Positions 12,852 through 26,690 of a stretch of DNA of 64,000 nt are shown here, piece after piece. Position 1 is the stretch's first letter. Every line of letters begins with the position of its first letter. Both the position numbers and the translations under genes were made by a program. The stretch is from Eledone cirrhosa (lineage: Eukaryota): assembly GCA_964016885.1 (NCBI GenBank), contig OZ024743.1:293260001-293324000 (forward strand). Reading direction: 5' to 3'. The notes below the pieces were generated by a model. It was not told where the DNA came from. It searched no databases and saw nothing but the letters and a program-made list of their open reading frames with translations.

Positions 12852-14399
12852 ATATTTAAAAAATGCATTTGTAAAATCTGTGCACTTATATATATGCACA
12901 CACACATTCATGCACATACTTATATATTCATTATCCCCCAACACACACACGTGTGTTCTTTTGTGCAACATACACCCATAACTATTTACACACATACACA
13001 CACACACACATACTGAAGCAACCAGATACGCAAAATAAATAAATAACATTTGTAAAATCCAAGCTAGCACAGAAAATAGACATTAAAATTGGTGGTACTC
13101 ATCATCTTCATTATCATCACTTTCTTCATCTAATTCATCATGTTCATTGTCGTCTTTGTCTTCATCATCTTCTTCATCTTCATCTTAATTTTTATGTGCA
13201 TTTTTTCCCATGCTGATATAGAGGTTGGGTGAGGTATTTTTGAGGTAGTCTTTTCTGCTCTACTATAATGTCTAAAATTCTTAATACCAAATCACATGAA
13301 ACAACCTCCTGATTCTCTGATGCAAAGGGTTAGCTACTCATAGTTAGACATGCTGGATCGTTTAGAATTAGCTCTTTGAGTGCCCCAAAACTGCTTGGTA
13401 TGTCTTCTATATTACAGCCCATGTGCACTAATGATCTACTGGTACACTGGCAGTATTGTTAGTGCCAGATGTAATACCTTGTGATATTTATTCCAGCTCA
13501 GTGGAATTTACCTTTTATCCTTCCAGGGATAAATGAAATAAAATAAACATTTTTTGTGGTGAACTGGCAGAGTGGTTAGAATGTTGGACAAGATGTTTCG
13601 CCTTATGTATTTCTGGCCCTTTCTAGTCTAAGCTCAAATCCCATAGTTACCTTCGTAGATTTATCTCTTTTGATAGCAACTCAACCAAAAACCGCCCCAG
13701 TTGCTATGGAACAAAGCCACTCACTTTAAACAGTTCCGAGTTAAATTAATAACTTCCAATATATTTTTTGTTATGTTAGAAACACCATCAAATACTGTCT
13801 ATCCTTCTATTCCTCTATGCATCCTTCTATCCATCCCTGCATCCTTTTAACCATCCATCTCTTTCTGCAACTATCCATGACTTCTACCTACATAACCAGC
13901 CAAAGAGCCATCTATCCATCCACAGTCATTTTATCCATACAATTTCTTCACTGATTATTTCAATACAGTGTATTTTATTAGAAATATAATGAAATGATTA
14001 ATTCATCGCACAAAGTTTAGCACCAACAATTACCCCTTGCTTTTTTGCAGAGTCCATCATCATTATTGTTCTTACAGTCACTTTTCAATGCTGGCATGGG
14101 TTTGATGAGATATTTTAGGACAATATTTTAAAGCCAAATGCTTTTCCTAACACCAAACCTTTTAGTTGTCTTTTATGACAGACAGACGGATACATTGTAT
14201 CTATTTTAAAAACCAGGATATATAGTTAAATATTTACACTGGCAGTATGATGTTTCTATTTTCTTCTGAACCACTCATGTGTATAACAGTCTGACCCAAA
14301 AGCAAATTTATTGAAACCTTTGGTTTGGATATGTAATCATGTTTACATTATTTTATAAAGCTCTATTTTTCTCTCTCACACACACACACACACACACGT

Positions 14400-14635
<236 letters not shown>

Positions 14636-15463
14636 CTCTGAACACTTAACATAAGACTATATGCAGCACTTTTAGGTTTTTATACCAGGAAATAAACAAA
14701 AACAACATACACACACACACACACTGCAAACATAGTTTACCATGTAAATTATCATACGAGTACATACATCACATAGTTCACCAAGGATACACTCACAGTG
14801 CAAACATATGTATACATATATACACACAAAACCTTACATCAACTGTAGGAGTATATAAAAAATATAGAGACAATCTCTTAACATATATATGCCACCTGCT
14901 CATAACACTCATACATTACAATGCTCATACATACACACATGCATATTTCGATACCTACATACATGCATACATATACATTACCTGAATACACATACATACA
15001 TTATACATGTACACACATGCTCTGATATACACACTTTAAGTTTGAAATAATTAGGAAAGACAAGAGTTGATGCTATCTACTTTTTCATTCTTTTACCCAA
15101 ACACACAGTAAAGATACACACACATACATAATGCATGCAGCAAAATACACAAATATACACACATAGATACAGCAATGGTATGTAAATACAGACATACTAA
15201 ACACAAACACAGGAAAAACAGTACTCCACCAAACACAGTAACATCACAGAAACAGACACACATCATAACATCACATCTAATACAACAGACAATATCACAC
15301 ACTCAATCGTACACCTACATTATCAAATTTACCAACATTATATCATCATCATCGTCATTATCAATGTTTTGTGCCTGCCTACCTATCCAATTCTAGCCAT
15401 CATGAAAAACAGTTGAAGATTTGATAGGTCAGCAAACTACAGCTTGTGCATACATTCCATTTT

Positions 15464-15785
15464 GGCATGGTTTCTATTGCTCTAATACTTCTTAATGCCA
15501 ACTGCTTTGCAGTGTACTGTGTGCAATCTATTGTAGCACCAACACTAGGTTGACTACTGTTTTCAGTATGGAGGAGAGAGGCAGAAACAGGAAAAGGGGA
15601 GATAAGTATGATGGAAGTAGCAGGCATGGTTTCTATTGCAGTATACCCTCCTTAATACTGCTCTGCAGTGTATTGTGTGCATTCTATTGTGGCACCAGCA
15701 CTACACTAAGTTGAGCATTGTGTCTTCAGTATGGAGGAAAGAGGTAGAAACAGGAAAAAGGGAGAGAAGTATGATAGAAGTAGCA
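15464..15785. repeat. Two-unit ~160 bp tandem duplication beginning in a decayed SINE tail
   Basis: Units 15464-15622 and 15623-15785 both start GGCATGGTTTCTATTGC, contain TTCAGTATGGAGGA..GAAACAGGAAAA and end AAGTATGAT.GAAGTAGCA. Confidence 0.85.
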
Positions 15786-15958
15786 AAAACAGGAACACAT
15801 TTATTATTAAGAATCATCAATCATATATATATATGTGTGTGTGTGGTGTGTGTAGCATAACATAACATCATAATATAATACATATCCCTTTCTAAACACA
15901 CACATACTGACACAAAAACAGCTAACACACAATATTACTGAACATACTACACAACACA

Positions 15959-16188
15959 TTAACCCTTTTGATCCCAACATGCCTAAAACTGCCTCTCGCT
16001 CTATGAAACAAAACTGCTTATATTAAAGAGTTCCTATCTAAATTAAAATTTTCTAATATAATTTTATGAGAACCTTTTGTTATATAACAAGTATCATCTT
16101 AATAAATAATAATTTGAATAAATCCTTTCACATTCTTCGTTAATTAATCTTATGTGTTTTATTAGAAATATGGTAATTAAAGGGTTAA
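15959..16188. mobile_element. piggyBac-like non-autonomous element (TTAA-flanked MITE, family P1)
   Basis: Ends TTAA-CCCTTT and AAAGGG-TTAA; related copies at 33823-34078, ~29970-30205 and ~13660-13790. Confidence 0.7.
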
Positions 16189-16519
16189 AGCATAACATCT
16201 CGCCGATTTTATTAAATTTTCTCAAAAGGCATTGTATACTATTCCAGAATTTTTTAAAGGCATTCTTTGTGGAAACATTACTATTTTTTTTCTTTTTTTC
16301 TGGAAAATCCCAAACAAGGCGTGGAGCCTCTTACTGTTAGGGAGTATGAAGAAGGTGTATGTATGTGTCATCATCATCATTTTAATACCTGTTTCCCTGC
16401 TAGCAAGGGTTGGAGAGGTTTACATAGACCAAGTCAGTACTGAAGCGGTGGCTACTGATCTCTGACAAGCCAGGGATCTGCTATTTTGTTTATGTACAAT
16501 CTCACATTCTACGGTGTTC

Positions 16520-16702
16520 ACAATTGTTTCTACTTTTGGCACAAGGCCAGCATTATCCCAGTGTATTACTGGTACTTCATTTTATCGTCCCCGTAAGGAT
16601 GAAAGGCAAAGTTAACCTTGGCAGGATTTGAACTCAGACTATAAAGGGCCGTAACTCTATGCTGCAAAGCATGGTGTCCGATTTTCTACCGATACTGCCA
16701 AT
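16520..16702 (-). mobile_element. SINE family B (reverse)
   Basis: Reverse complement of GGCAGTATCGGTAGA..GAGTTCAAATCC..TTTGCCTTTCATCCTTACGGGG..AGTAGAAACAATT. Confidence 0.85.
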
Positions 16703-17301
16703 CCCTATATAAAGTCCAGTTATTGTGTTGGCATGTGTTAGATGGCATTTTTTGAAACATTCTTTTACAACTGGATGCCTTTCCTGGTGCCAATTGCTTT
16801 TAGATGATACCAATTCTAAAACCTGAGATATACACATACACAGAAACAGCTTATGGGAAAGTAATTATAATAACTGTCATACTTCAGCCATTGAGAAATG
16901 TTTAATCAGGCATCTACTAAAATCTCTTATCACATCATCTTATGGCCAGTGTGTCCACTGTTGTGACTGTTTGGATTATGATAATTGAGCTGTGAAGGCT
17001 TCGAGACATTGATACATGCATGTATTTGAGAGAGTTGCTGTTCCAAACTGGGCATGATTAACTAATAGAGAAATATAAATCCTTAATAACAACGATGATA
17101 ATGATGGTAAAAGATAGTTGTAATTCTCAATATAGCATCTTTGAAAGAAGAGCTGTTCCCTACTTATACAATTATATATTAACAATTTGACTTACTTTTG
17201 CATTACTAAATGGGTTTGTGGCCATAAATATGATCAACTCTTTCATGTGTGATAATAAAATATCTGTTGTATGTATGTATGTGCCTATATATGTGTATGA
17301 A

Positions 17302-17353
<52 letters not shown>

Positions 17354-17395
17354 TACACTCACAAATGGAAAGCTCAAGAGTCTCAGATATGAGTT

Positions 17396-17431
<36 letters not shown>

Positions 17432-17499
17432 CCTTCTGTACTAAACAAACCTCATGCACACAACAGAGATGTACACATACACACCACCAACTCAGCTTG

Positions 17500-17501
<2 letters not shown>

Positions 17502-17577
<76 letters not shown>
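17502..17577. repeat. (CA)n microsatellite
   Basis: Pure CA run. Confidence 0.95.
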
Positions 17578-17578
<1 letters not shown>

Positions 17579-18221
17579 ACACATATGCAGACACACACAC
17601 ACAGAACAGCAGTACAAAAGGAAAAAGACTCTGGTAAGAATTGGTTTGATGCTATAACTCTGTAACCATTACCATTACCATACCATACTATAGCATTTTC
17701 TTCAAGTCTGAAGAAAAGGGCCAAGCTCTGCACAGTACATTCCATTCTTCTACAGAGCCAAAATCTTTTGTCTTCCTCCCCTACCTTATACTCTACTACA
17801 ACTTCTTGTACTTCCACTCAACTCTGCCGCCACCATCACCATCATGAATATTATACATCACCTCCTTTTCTCTCTATCTATCTCTCCTTCTTCCATTTAA
17901 CTCTACCAGCAGCATTATCATCATCATTAGCACTATCATCAATACTATACCCCACTACTCTTTCTATCACTTAGCTCTGCTACTACCACCATCTCCACCA
18001 TCATCAATACTATACACTCTATTACTCTCCCTTTCTCTCTCTCTCACTTTGCTCTACCTGCTACTCCAATCTCCCCTTCCTTCCTTTATTATCACTATTA
18101 TTATTATAAACCCCCCCCCCCCCCGCTTTAACTTTTTACTACATTCTTTCTGTCTCTATCTCTCTATCTTAATTCCTTTCTCTTTACTTTATCTTTTCCT
18201 TAATCCTTGCATTCTGGAAGC

Positions 18222-18363
18222 ACTACTACTACTACTACTACTACTACCACTACTACCACCACTACCACCACTATTACTCCTCCTCCTACTACTATTACTA
18301 CTACTACTCCTACTACTACCACTCCTCCTACTACTACTACCACTCCTCCTCCTCCTCCTCCTC

Positions 18364-18448
<85 letters not shown>

Positions 18449-18456
18449 CACCACCA
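18222..18456. repeat. (CTA)n/(CCT)n/(CCA)n compound trinucleotide repeat
   Basis: Long CTA tract with CCA and CCT variants; produces spurious poly-L/T/V/S ORFs. Confidence 0.95.
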
Positions 18457-18738
18457 GCCACTTTCCCCATTCTCAAATCTTTCCCCCATAAACCTTTTAC
18501 ATCTATCCCTCCAGCACTTTTCCTTACCTCCTCTGTTGCTCTCCAAATGTCTGTCTCGCTCTCCTTGTTCCATTCTCTCTGTCTACCCACCTTTCTGCAT
18601 CTACCTATCTTTCTCCTCTCTCTTGTAATTTTCTCTCACTTTACCTATCTCTCTGTGTCTACCTCTCTATCCTTCCATATTTCTTTCTCTATCATCCTCT
18701 GTCTGTATCCACCCCCTTCTCTCATTCTTCATCTACCT

Positions 18739-18810
<72 letters not shown>

Positions 18811-19915
18811 GTCTCTCATTTTTCGTCTATCTATCTTTCTATTCGTCCATTATAATCCTCTGTTTGTATCCATCCCCCACCTCTCCCTCTCTCTCTCTCT
18901 CTCATTCTTTGTCTACCTTTCTGCATCTCTCCCTCTCTCTCTCTCTATCCCTCACTTTCCATTTGTCTATCTTCCTCCCATATGCCAAAATGTGAAAAGC
19001 AGGTGAACCTAAAAATACTCCATGTTACTTTCACTGGCATCTCACATCATCCTTCCCACCTACCTTTCTTACCATTAGACACCATCACCCCAACCAAGAG
19101 CCTGCACCAATCTCCATCAGCACCACCATCACTAACCTCCAACACCATCACCGCCATCACCAATCTCCACCAACAATACAATGAGGTGGATTGAGGAAGA
19201 GTGTGATTGTGGGGGTGGGGGATAGACTAGGGGTGTTGATGGATTACAGGGGGGGGGGGTATACTGTGTAGGTATGGCTGGGGATAGGGAGTGGTAATAA
19301 TGGAGTCTACTGGTTGTGATGGTGGTAGTGTTGTAGTGGTGGTGTAGTGCTATTGATGGTTTGTAGAGTCATATTGGCAATGGCACTACTAGTGGATGGT
19401 AGTAGTTTGGAAAAGTTCCAATGACTGTGGTGTTGGTACTGGCAGAGGGCTACAGTGGTAGTGGCAACTGTGATGTGGCAGTGTTGATGGTTTGGAGTGT
19501 AATACTGGCAGTGGTACTGTTAGGATGGTGGTGGTGCTGGTCTTGTTGGAAGATTATACTGGTGATGCTGGTGATGTTGCTAGTCTTGTTAGAAGATTGT
19601 GGTGGTGATGATGATGATGGTGGTGGTAGGGGCATTTATGGTTTGTTGTGTTATGCTGGCAGTGGTACTGATGGTTGTCTGTGGAGGGTAGGTGGTGGTA
19701 GTTGTGAAGGTGCTAATGGTGGAGTGGTTGGCAGTGTGCTTATGGTGTTTTGTTGTGGTTTGTGGTATGTGGTGTTATGGGACCGGGGAGGAAGGAGAAG
19801 ATGGTAAGAGTTGTAGGAGGGAAAGCAGGAGTAAGGGAAAAGGAAAAGATCCTTTAATGGTTTGGATTTTACTTCATAAAACTATCTATGCTGTTGTTGC
19901 TGATACTGCTGCTCT

Positions 19916-19959
<44 letters not shown>

Positions 19960-20773
19960 TTGTAGTGATGATGAATATGATGATGAGGATTTCTATGTTT
20001 TACCACAAGGGCAACATAAATGAAAAACATTAGGGTACATGCAAAGTCATTGATTTTTATATAAACATATGTTATGATGCAGCCTGATGTTTCTATAGGA
20101 GATTAGGGGCTGGTGGGGTGATAGAGGTGTTGGCTTAGTGTGGCAATGATAGTGGTAGTAGTGTTCGTGGTGGTGGTAGAGATGTGGCAGTGGTGGTAAT
20201 GGTAGTTGTAGGAATTGTAGGATACATTCCGAAGGGCATTTGTAAAATAAGTGAAGCAGCAGTTTCTATAAGGAATTTAAAACCAGCTTGTTAAATAGAG
20301 GGGGGGGGGGGTAGGGTAGTGGGACTCTTAGAACTCAGATCTTCTTAACTGTCTGATGGAAATATCATCATGCAAATGTTGGCACCATCATTATCATTTT
20401 CATCACCATCATCATCATTACCATCATGATTATCATCATCATCATTAAACTATAAACACCATCATTAAACAATTATTATAATCATCACCACCATCACCAC
20501 CATCATTATCATACAATTATTGGCTTCCCCAACATCATGGCTATCGCCACCACCACCATCATTATAACCACAAATATCTTTGCTACCACCACCATCATCA
20601 TCAACATCAATGGTGTAAATATCTGTATTGTATTATAGAAACAGCTGAATAGATGATTATGAAGATATTCCTTTCTATTCTCACCTCCTGAGGTCCTTGG
20701 AGATAAAAGTAGTTGAAATCTATCTGCTGGTAGAGGTTTTTATATTAAAATGGTGGCTTTAACCCTTTAGTAA

Positions 20774-20815
<42 letters not shown>

Positions 20816-20885
20816 GCATGACTCTCATTCCCCTTCTCTCTCTCTGTATGTATGTATGTATGTATATATATATATATACACATAT

Positions 20886-21092
20886 GCAGTTTGCCATGTA
20901 TTTTATACAATATAGTATATATATACTATATAGTATAAAATACATGGCAAACTGCCTTCTAAGGCATTCAGAGTTTCCTGAAGTTGTTTTTACTTCATTC
21001 TTCAAGAAAGCAGAAGAATGAAATTAAAACAATTTCAGGGAACTTAGAAGGTATAAGCCAGTTTGCCATGTATTTTATAGAATATAGCATAT
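20886..21092. mobile_element. Palindromic foldback element/MITE with three copies of its terminal motif
   Basis: CAGTTTGCCATGTATTTTATA occurs forward (20887), reverse (ending 20954) and forward again (21059); there is also an internal hairpin TTCCTGAAGTTGTTTTTACTTCATTCTTC / GAAGAATGAAATTAAAACAATTTCAGGGAA. Confidence 0.7.
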
Positions 21093-21252
21093 TTACCTCT
21101 ATGATTGCATGTGGAGGGCTCTCTCTTTAGTGATTACAACTATACATTCAGGCAAAACACACACACACGCACACACATATTATGATGGTGTATTACGATG
21201 ATGTTGTTGATGGCTGAGAGATAGGAGTACTCGATACTAATGTAGAGTTTTA

Positions 21253-21380
21253 ATATTCATTTTATTAAGAGTAAATAGTGAGTCCTTTTACTCTGGAGTT
21301 TTGCCTGTTTATTACAGTTTATTAATTAGACAAGAACTGATAACCCAGACTCACTATTTACCCTGTAATATAATGGATAT
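21253..21380. mobile_element. Short MITE with ~30 bp TIRs
   Basis: ATATTCATTTTATTAAGAGTAAATAGTGAGTC versus GACTCACTATTTACCCTGTAATATAATGGATAT (imperfect inverted repeat), next to TA. Confidence 0.65.
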
Positions 21381-22820
21381 ATATATATATATATATGATA
21401 TATTTCAGGTATCAGCTTTTTGTAGGCAGCTTCCAGTTATTGTATTGTAGGGTGGATGTGCATTTACAAGAAAGGATAAGGCAACTTACCAGTTGGGTTT
21501 TCGATTGAACTGTTTACCTTTGATATTTAGTAACATCAGTTGTGATACCAAGTAAGATAAATCAATCCACTATAGGTAATCCACAGAGTTTTGAATATAC
21601 AGGTTAATAGAAAAAGAAGACATATGTTGATATTTAATTAATCATTTATTGAATACTGGAAAGACTTACACAATTTTCATTGTGTTATGTAATCAACCTG
21701 TGGAATCTACATTATTACATAACCCATTATTCCACACTGCTCGATAGCATTAAATGTATTTTTTTCAGAGAATGTCCAGGGAAAAATGATGCTAAATGTG
21801 TATAGTCCAGCTTATATAGAATTTCTTACACATATACCTTACATACATGCAAACTAGAGTTAATTTAGACAAACAAAACAGATTACACTAATACATTTTA
21901 TTCCATGTTATTTCAGACATAGAATCCTTTTTCAATAGAAAGGAAATGGATGTATGATTATACTGGCTTTCCTAAAACACTCCTCACCATACATTTCACA
22001 ATATTCCATATATGTTCTCATCAGCTAAATCATTTTACAAGACCTTTGTGGTAATCTTTAGTTTCCAGAGGGAATTCTTTTTGTTTTGAGGATGGTAGGG
22101 TTCAGTAGGGAAAATTAAAATGTTTGTAAGTTGAAAATATTCTTTTTTATTCTTTGCAGAGTTTTTGTTAGATTTATCTTCCTTAATGTTGATTATAAAG
22201 ATGTTAATGTTAAATCAATATAAGGCTTTGTGTGTGTTTTACTGTTATAATGAGGCAAGGAAGTTATCCTGAAACTGAAGCCTTGGTCTGAATGTTTACA
22301 ACAGAATAGACTTTGTTCTATATGATTAAAAACTCTGCCAATTCACCAATATTATGTAATAAACTATGCTGTATACACGATCACACTATTTTTTACTTAT
22401 ATGTTAGAAATGTGGGATGGTGAACTGGTGAAGAAAGGGTAATAATAGGAAAAAAAGGTCAAGGAATATTACCTTAAACTAACACCCACACACTTTACAA
22501 ACTCACATATTTAGTACAAACACAGAATGTTCTTTATAACATAACTTACGGCACCCCCAATCTGTTCCAGCTTTGCCAGCCTGACTCTTCTCCCTATATA
22601 CATATATATAATTGTAGATATTTACAGACATTATTATTAAGCTTTCTCTTGCTATGCCCAAAGTCTTGGAATTTCCTTCCTGAGGGTCTCTGGCTGTCTA
22701 GCTCAATTAATATATTTTAATGTGGCACCAAGCACTTATGTTGTAATTATTTCTACTCTTTAGCCTCTGACAACCAAGAACATTATTCCCTATTATTTGA
22801 ATAAATATATATATATATAC

Positions 22821-22853
<33 letters not shown>

Positions 22854-22866
22854 TACACATACACAG

Positions 22867-22904
<38 letters not shown>

Positions 22905-23564
22905 TAGCTAGTTAGTTTGTCTGTTTGCCACTTCAAAAGCTAGTGGACCAATCATATTCAAACTTAGCATGTGAGTTCCATAGATTCAGGAATAGGTTTT
23001 CCTCACACTTGGACCTATATTCATTTGTTTATATGTTTGTTTGTCAAATATAAAGACAGTTAAATGAAATCAACATAGTAGCCGACACTAAAGCAACGAA
23101 CACATGCTTGCTTCAGTATTAAACATCCCCCTCTCTTTCCTAATGAAAGGTGGTATGATTAAAACAAATGAACAAATGATGAAAATGTGTGCATGTAATA
23201 TATAATTTAACAAAGCACATGAATTCTTTAAGATACAACTTTAATCAGAACTATACAGGCTTTCTTTGACACCATCATCTCCATGTGGACATGTGTTGGA
23301 TAAGACCTTTTTACTTTTGAGAGTGTGTTTCTATGGCTGTATGCCATTCCTGACAAGTATGGTATATGCCACTCCTTTTCAGTGAAACTCTACACTGTTG
23401 GATATAAACAAATGTCACCAGTTGCTTTAAGAATTATTAATAAAACCGATTCACACTCTGTTTCAATGACTAAGCCAATCAGACATAGCTTGTCAGTTTC
23501 CAATTTAAGATAACCTCCTTGTGTCTAACACACACATATGCACAAGAAAGAATACATTTTCTCT

Positions 23565-23744
23565 CAATCATTAAGACAGATTCCATTTCACGCCAGTCAC
23601 TGTTGAGACCTCCGGTGTCTTCAGTCCCCAGACTGCCGCTTTTCTCTGACTAATCGGGATGAGGTGGAATAGCTATTGCAGCAGATATCACTGGCTTTTC
23701 TTTTTGGCAATGTATTTGCTATCTTGTCCACGGGGAGTAACTGA
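23565..23744 (+). pseudogene. C-terminal restriction-like endonuclease fragment of a CRE-clade non-LTR retrotransposon
   Basis: Reads FHFTPVTVETSGVFSPQTAAFL*, then in another frame RDEVE*LLQQISLAFLFGNVFAILSTG, matching the CRE-type F.P.AVET.G...WL.QR.SLA..RGNA.AIL signature; has stops and a deletion. Confidence 0.7.
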
Positions 23745-24224
23745 AATATGCTGTTCAAACGAGGGTGTAGAGTTTTATTTTATGTGTTTAGCTTTCTCTC
23801 TGTTCTTGTGTACCTGACCTTCTCTTTCTTCTTGTCATTTCCTTTCACCGAATTTTCTCACATCTCTCTCTCTCAGTCATCTGTATCTATCACACGTTAT
23901 TTGCTTTCCTGCTCTTTTCCTATTTCTTTAAATCTTTCATTACCATATTTCTAATGAAATACTTTGTGCATGTGTTTTAATTAATTTTGAAATTAATGAA
24001 GAATTTGAAGAGGTTTAGTAAAAATAACTTTTTCATTATTAAAATGGTATTTGGAACATAACTAAACTAATGTTTTTACATATGATTACAATATGTTTTT
24101 AGATAAATATAAACACTTGAAAATAAACAGTTTAGTATCATCGATTCTTTTTTTCAGGTGGCTTGTTATCGTAAGAGTTAGTTTTTCTTGAGCTGAAAGT
24201 CTCATCAGGCTGAAGCTCCTTCTT

Positions 24225-24520
24225 TGCCGACTTATTCCTGGGAGGGTCATGGGGGAAGAGTCCAAGCACATCTTCCAGTGGGTCCTGTCTGGAGCAACAA
24301 TTTCCAATTGATCCAGCTGTTTCCCCAAGCAAGACCAGCCAAGCTCATGGATGTTATCCAACCATCTTTCTTGGGATTTATCCCTGCTTCTCCTGCCTGT
24401 TGGTTTTGCTCATAAAATCTATCCAGTGATTCTTTCCTTAGACATTATAACCACCTGTTTGTAGTATTGGAGCTGTGATTGCTCAATTTGGAGAAGTAGT
24501 GACTCTGTCTGGAACAAGTT
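24225..24520 (-). pseudogene. RTE-clade LINE 3' end (same family as 5660-6300)
   Basis: Minus strand reads ESLLLQIEQSQLQYY..KERITG*IL*AKPTGRRSRDKPQERWLDNIHELGWSCLG..DRTHWK. Confidence 0.8.
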
Positions 24521-26499
24521 TTGTTTTTTACATCTATATCTCTTTTTCTGAAGACAGAATGCTGAAACTGGGGCATTGCTGTATCAGCTCCTGTAATTCT
24601 TGCTCTTAATTTATCTTCCTGCAGGTTGTAGCTTCATCACTGGGTTGTGATACTTAGGAACTAAGTGTCAGCCATTTCTCCATCTCCCCTAGTTGTTACC
24701 TCTGTTGGTCAGGGCAGAGTCATTCTGCTAGAGAATAGGTGACAAGTGCTGCATAGCAATACAGCCACCAGAGATGATGGTTAGTTGCAATATAAGTGGG
24801 CTCCTGCCATATAAATAACTAACCCCTGACCAACAGGTTGAACCTTATCCAATGAAATAAATGAGTGGCTCAAAATAAAAATAGAAATGCAGCACCTATT
24901 GTAGCCAAAAGCTCATGATGTTGTAATTGTGTCACAACCGCCATTACTACTAGGCTACTTGATAAAAGAAAATTAATTTGTAATTTACAACTCACATCTA
25001 TGCACATTTAGCTGGCCTCGTATAAGGTTGAATTCCATAGGTTTCATGGGTATTTTAATGAAATGAAGTTTCTTGCACAGGAACATATGCTGTTAGGTCT
25101 AGGAATCAAACACAAAAAGGAAATGTGAAATGAAACCTCTTGTATAGGGACATAACATACTGCTAGGTATGGGAATCAAACCCATAATTTTATGGCAATG
25201 AGTCCAACAAGTGGTTCCCAAACTGTGCACTGGTGCATCATGAGATGTAGTTAGGTACACTGTAAAACAAAAAAATTTGATTTCAAAATATGAAAAAGAC
25301 AAATTTTAATTTGAAATGAAGTTAATACATATATGTCAAAATTGTGAACCAATGAAATCGTTACCAAAAGACACTAAGCATATATTTCTCGTTGAAAACT
25401 TTGTTCCATTTATTGACTAAAAATGGAAGTACAAATAATTTTTTCCCTCTCTCTCTCTCAGACAATCTTTCTCTCTCTCTCTCAGATAATCTTTCTCTCA
25501 CTTACCTTTCTCTCTCTCAGACAATCTTTCTCTCACTTACCTTTCTCTCTCTCTCTCCTTATCTTACTATTTCTCTATCCCTCTTTTTCTTTAACAAAGT
25601 TTCAAAAGTTTTAAACTGTCAGCAAGCTGGAAATTCTCATGGAATTTCTAGTTTGTCTCTAGGATATTCCGTTTTCTTTACTTTTCACTCACTGACTACC
25701 ATTGCTGTGTGTGTATGCGTGTGTGTGTGTGTGTGTGTGTGCGCGCGCACACACACACACACACACACTACACATTACACATTACACATACAGGCACACA
25801 CAATTACACATACAGGCATGTATGTATGTTTGTATAAGTTAGCTTTGAATCTATTCACTTTGCATATAAAATTATGAGTGTGAATGCATGCACACAGACA
25901 CTTGAGGATGATGATGACACATATGTAATATATGCTAGTTTATAAATGACTATATATATGTGTGTGTGTGTTTGCATATCTTAATGTACAGACATACATA
26001 AGAACACATGTTACCAAAATGCCTTCAGAAAAAAGAAAAAAATTCCGATCAGACATCTCTTCTCAGAGTTTTCCATGAAAGGAATGTGCACACACACACA
26101 TACACACACACATACACACACACACACCAATATTTATAAATACCAATATATACCAATACATTATATATATTTACACACATATTCATAAATATATATGTAT
26201 GTATATATATATATATGTTTGTGTGTATAATATATTCATATGTATTCTTTTCCCTTGAGGAAGGGCCAAAGGGCAGGGAGTTTCTCTCAATAGATGAATA
26301 GTTTCATTGTTGTTTTTCTTTTCTTCCTTTTCTTGATTCTGGTGCTTTTGTCTGTATTAGGTTTTATTTGCCTTCAATTTTCCCCCAGTCTTTACTAAAA
26401 TCTACACACATTCTTCCCACCATTGTGTATTGTTATTAACCCTAACTAAACTTCTTTTCACTACAAGCTTGAAATTATAATTATGAAATAAAAGCAAAG

Positions 26500-26559
26500 G
26501 CTTAGCTGTGTGGTTAAGAAATTTGCTTTGCAACCAATTGTCTTTTGGGTCGATCCTTC

Positions 26560-26598
<39 letters not shown>

Positions 26599-26690
26599 CA
26601 CCTTGGGTAAGTTTGTTCTATTTCAATCTTGACCCAGCTAATTTGTTTGTAGGTGAATTTGGTTGGTGAAAAACTTAAAAAGCCTACCAT
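26500..26690 (+). mobile_element. Family C SINE head interrupted by (TG)n
   Basis: GCTGTGTGGTTAAGAAATTTGCTTTGCAACC..GGGTCGATCC..(TG)n..GGCACCTTGGGTAAGT..GTGAATTTGG. Confidence 0.6.

Noticed and set aside
18049-18855. 268 aa Leu-rich and mucin-like Thr-rich ORFs
   Set aside because: Translations of (CTA)n and CT-rich simple repeats.
19000-20620. Alternating CAC/CAT-rich and GTG-rich blocks with Gly/Val-rich ORFs
   Set aside because: Degenerate trinucleotide low-complexity DNA with no specific alignment between blocks.
21484-21640. Possible minus-strand exon ending at a GTAAGT donor (..LMLLNIKGKQFNRKPN)
   Set aside because: No recognisable protein similarity, no clear acceptor or partner exon; cannot be supported without transcript data.
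25208-25430. hAT-like terminus (CAAGTGGTTCCCAAACT)
   Set aside because: Only one degenerate end is visible; no matching TIR or TSD found.
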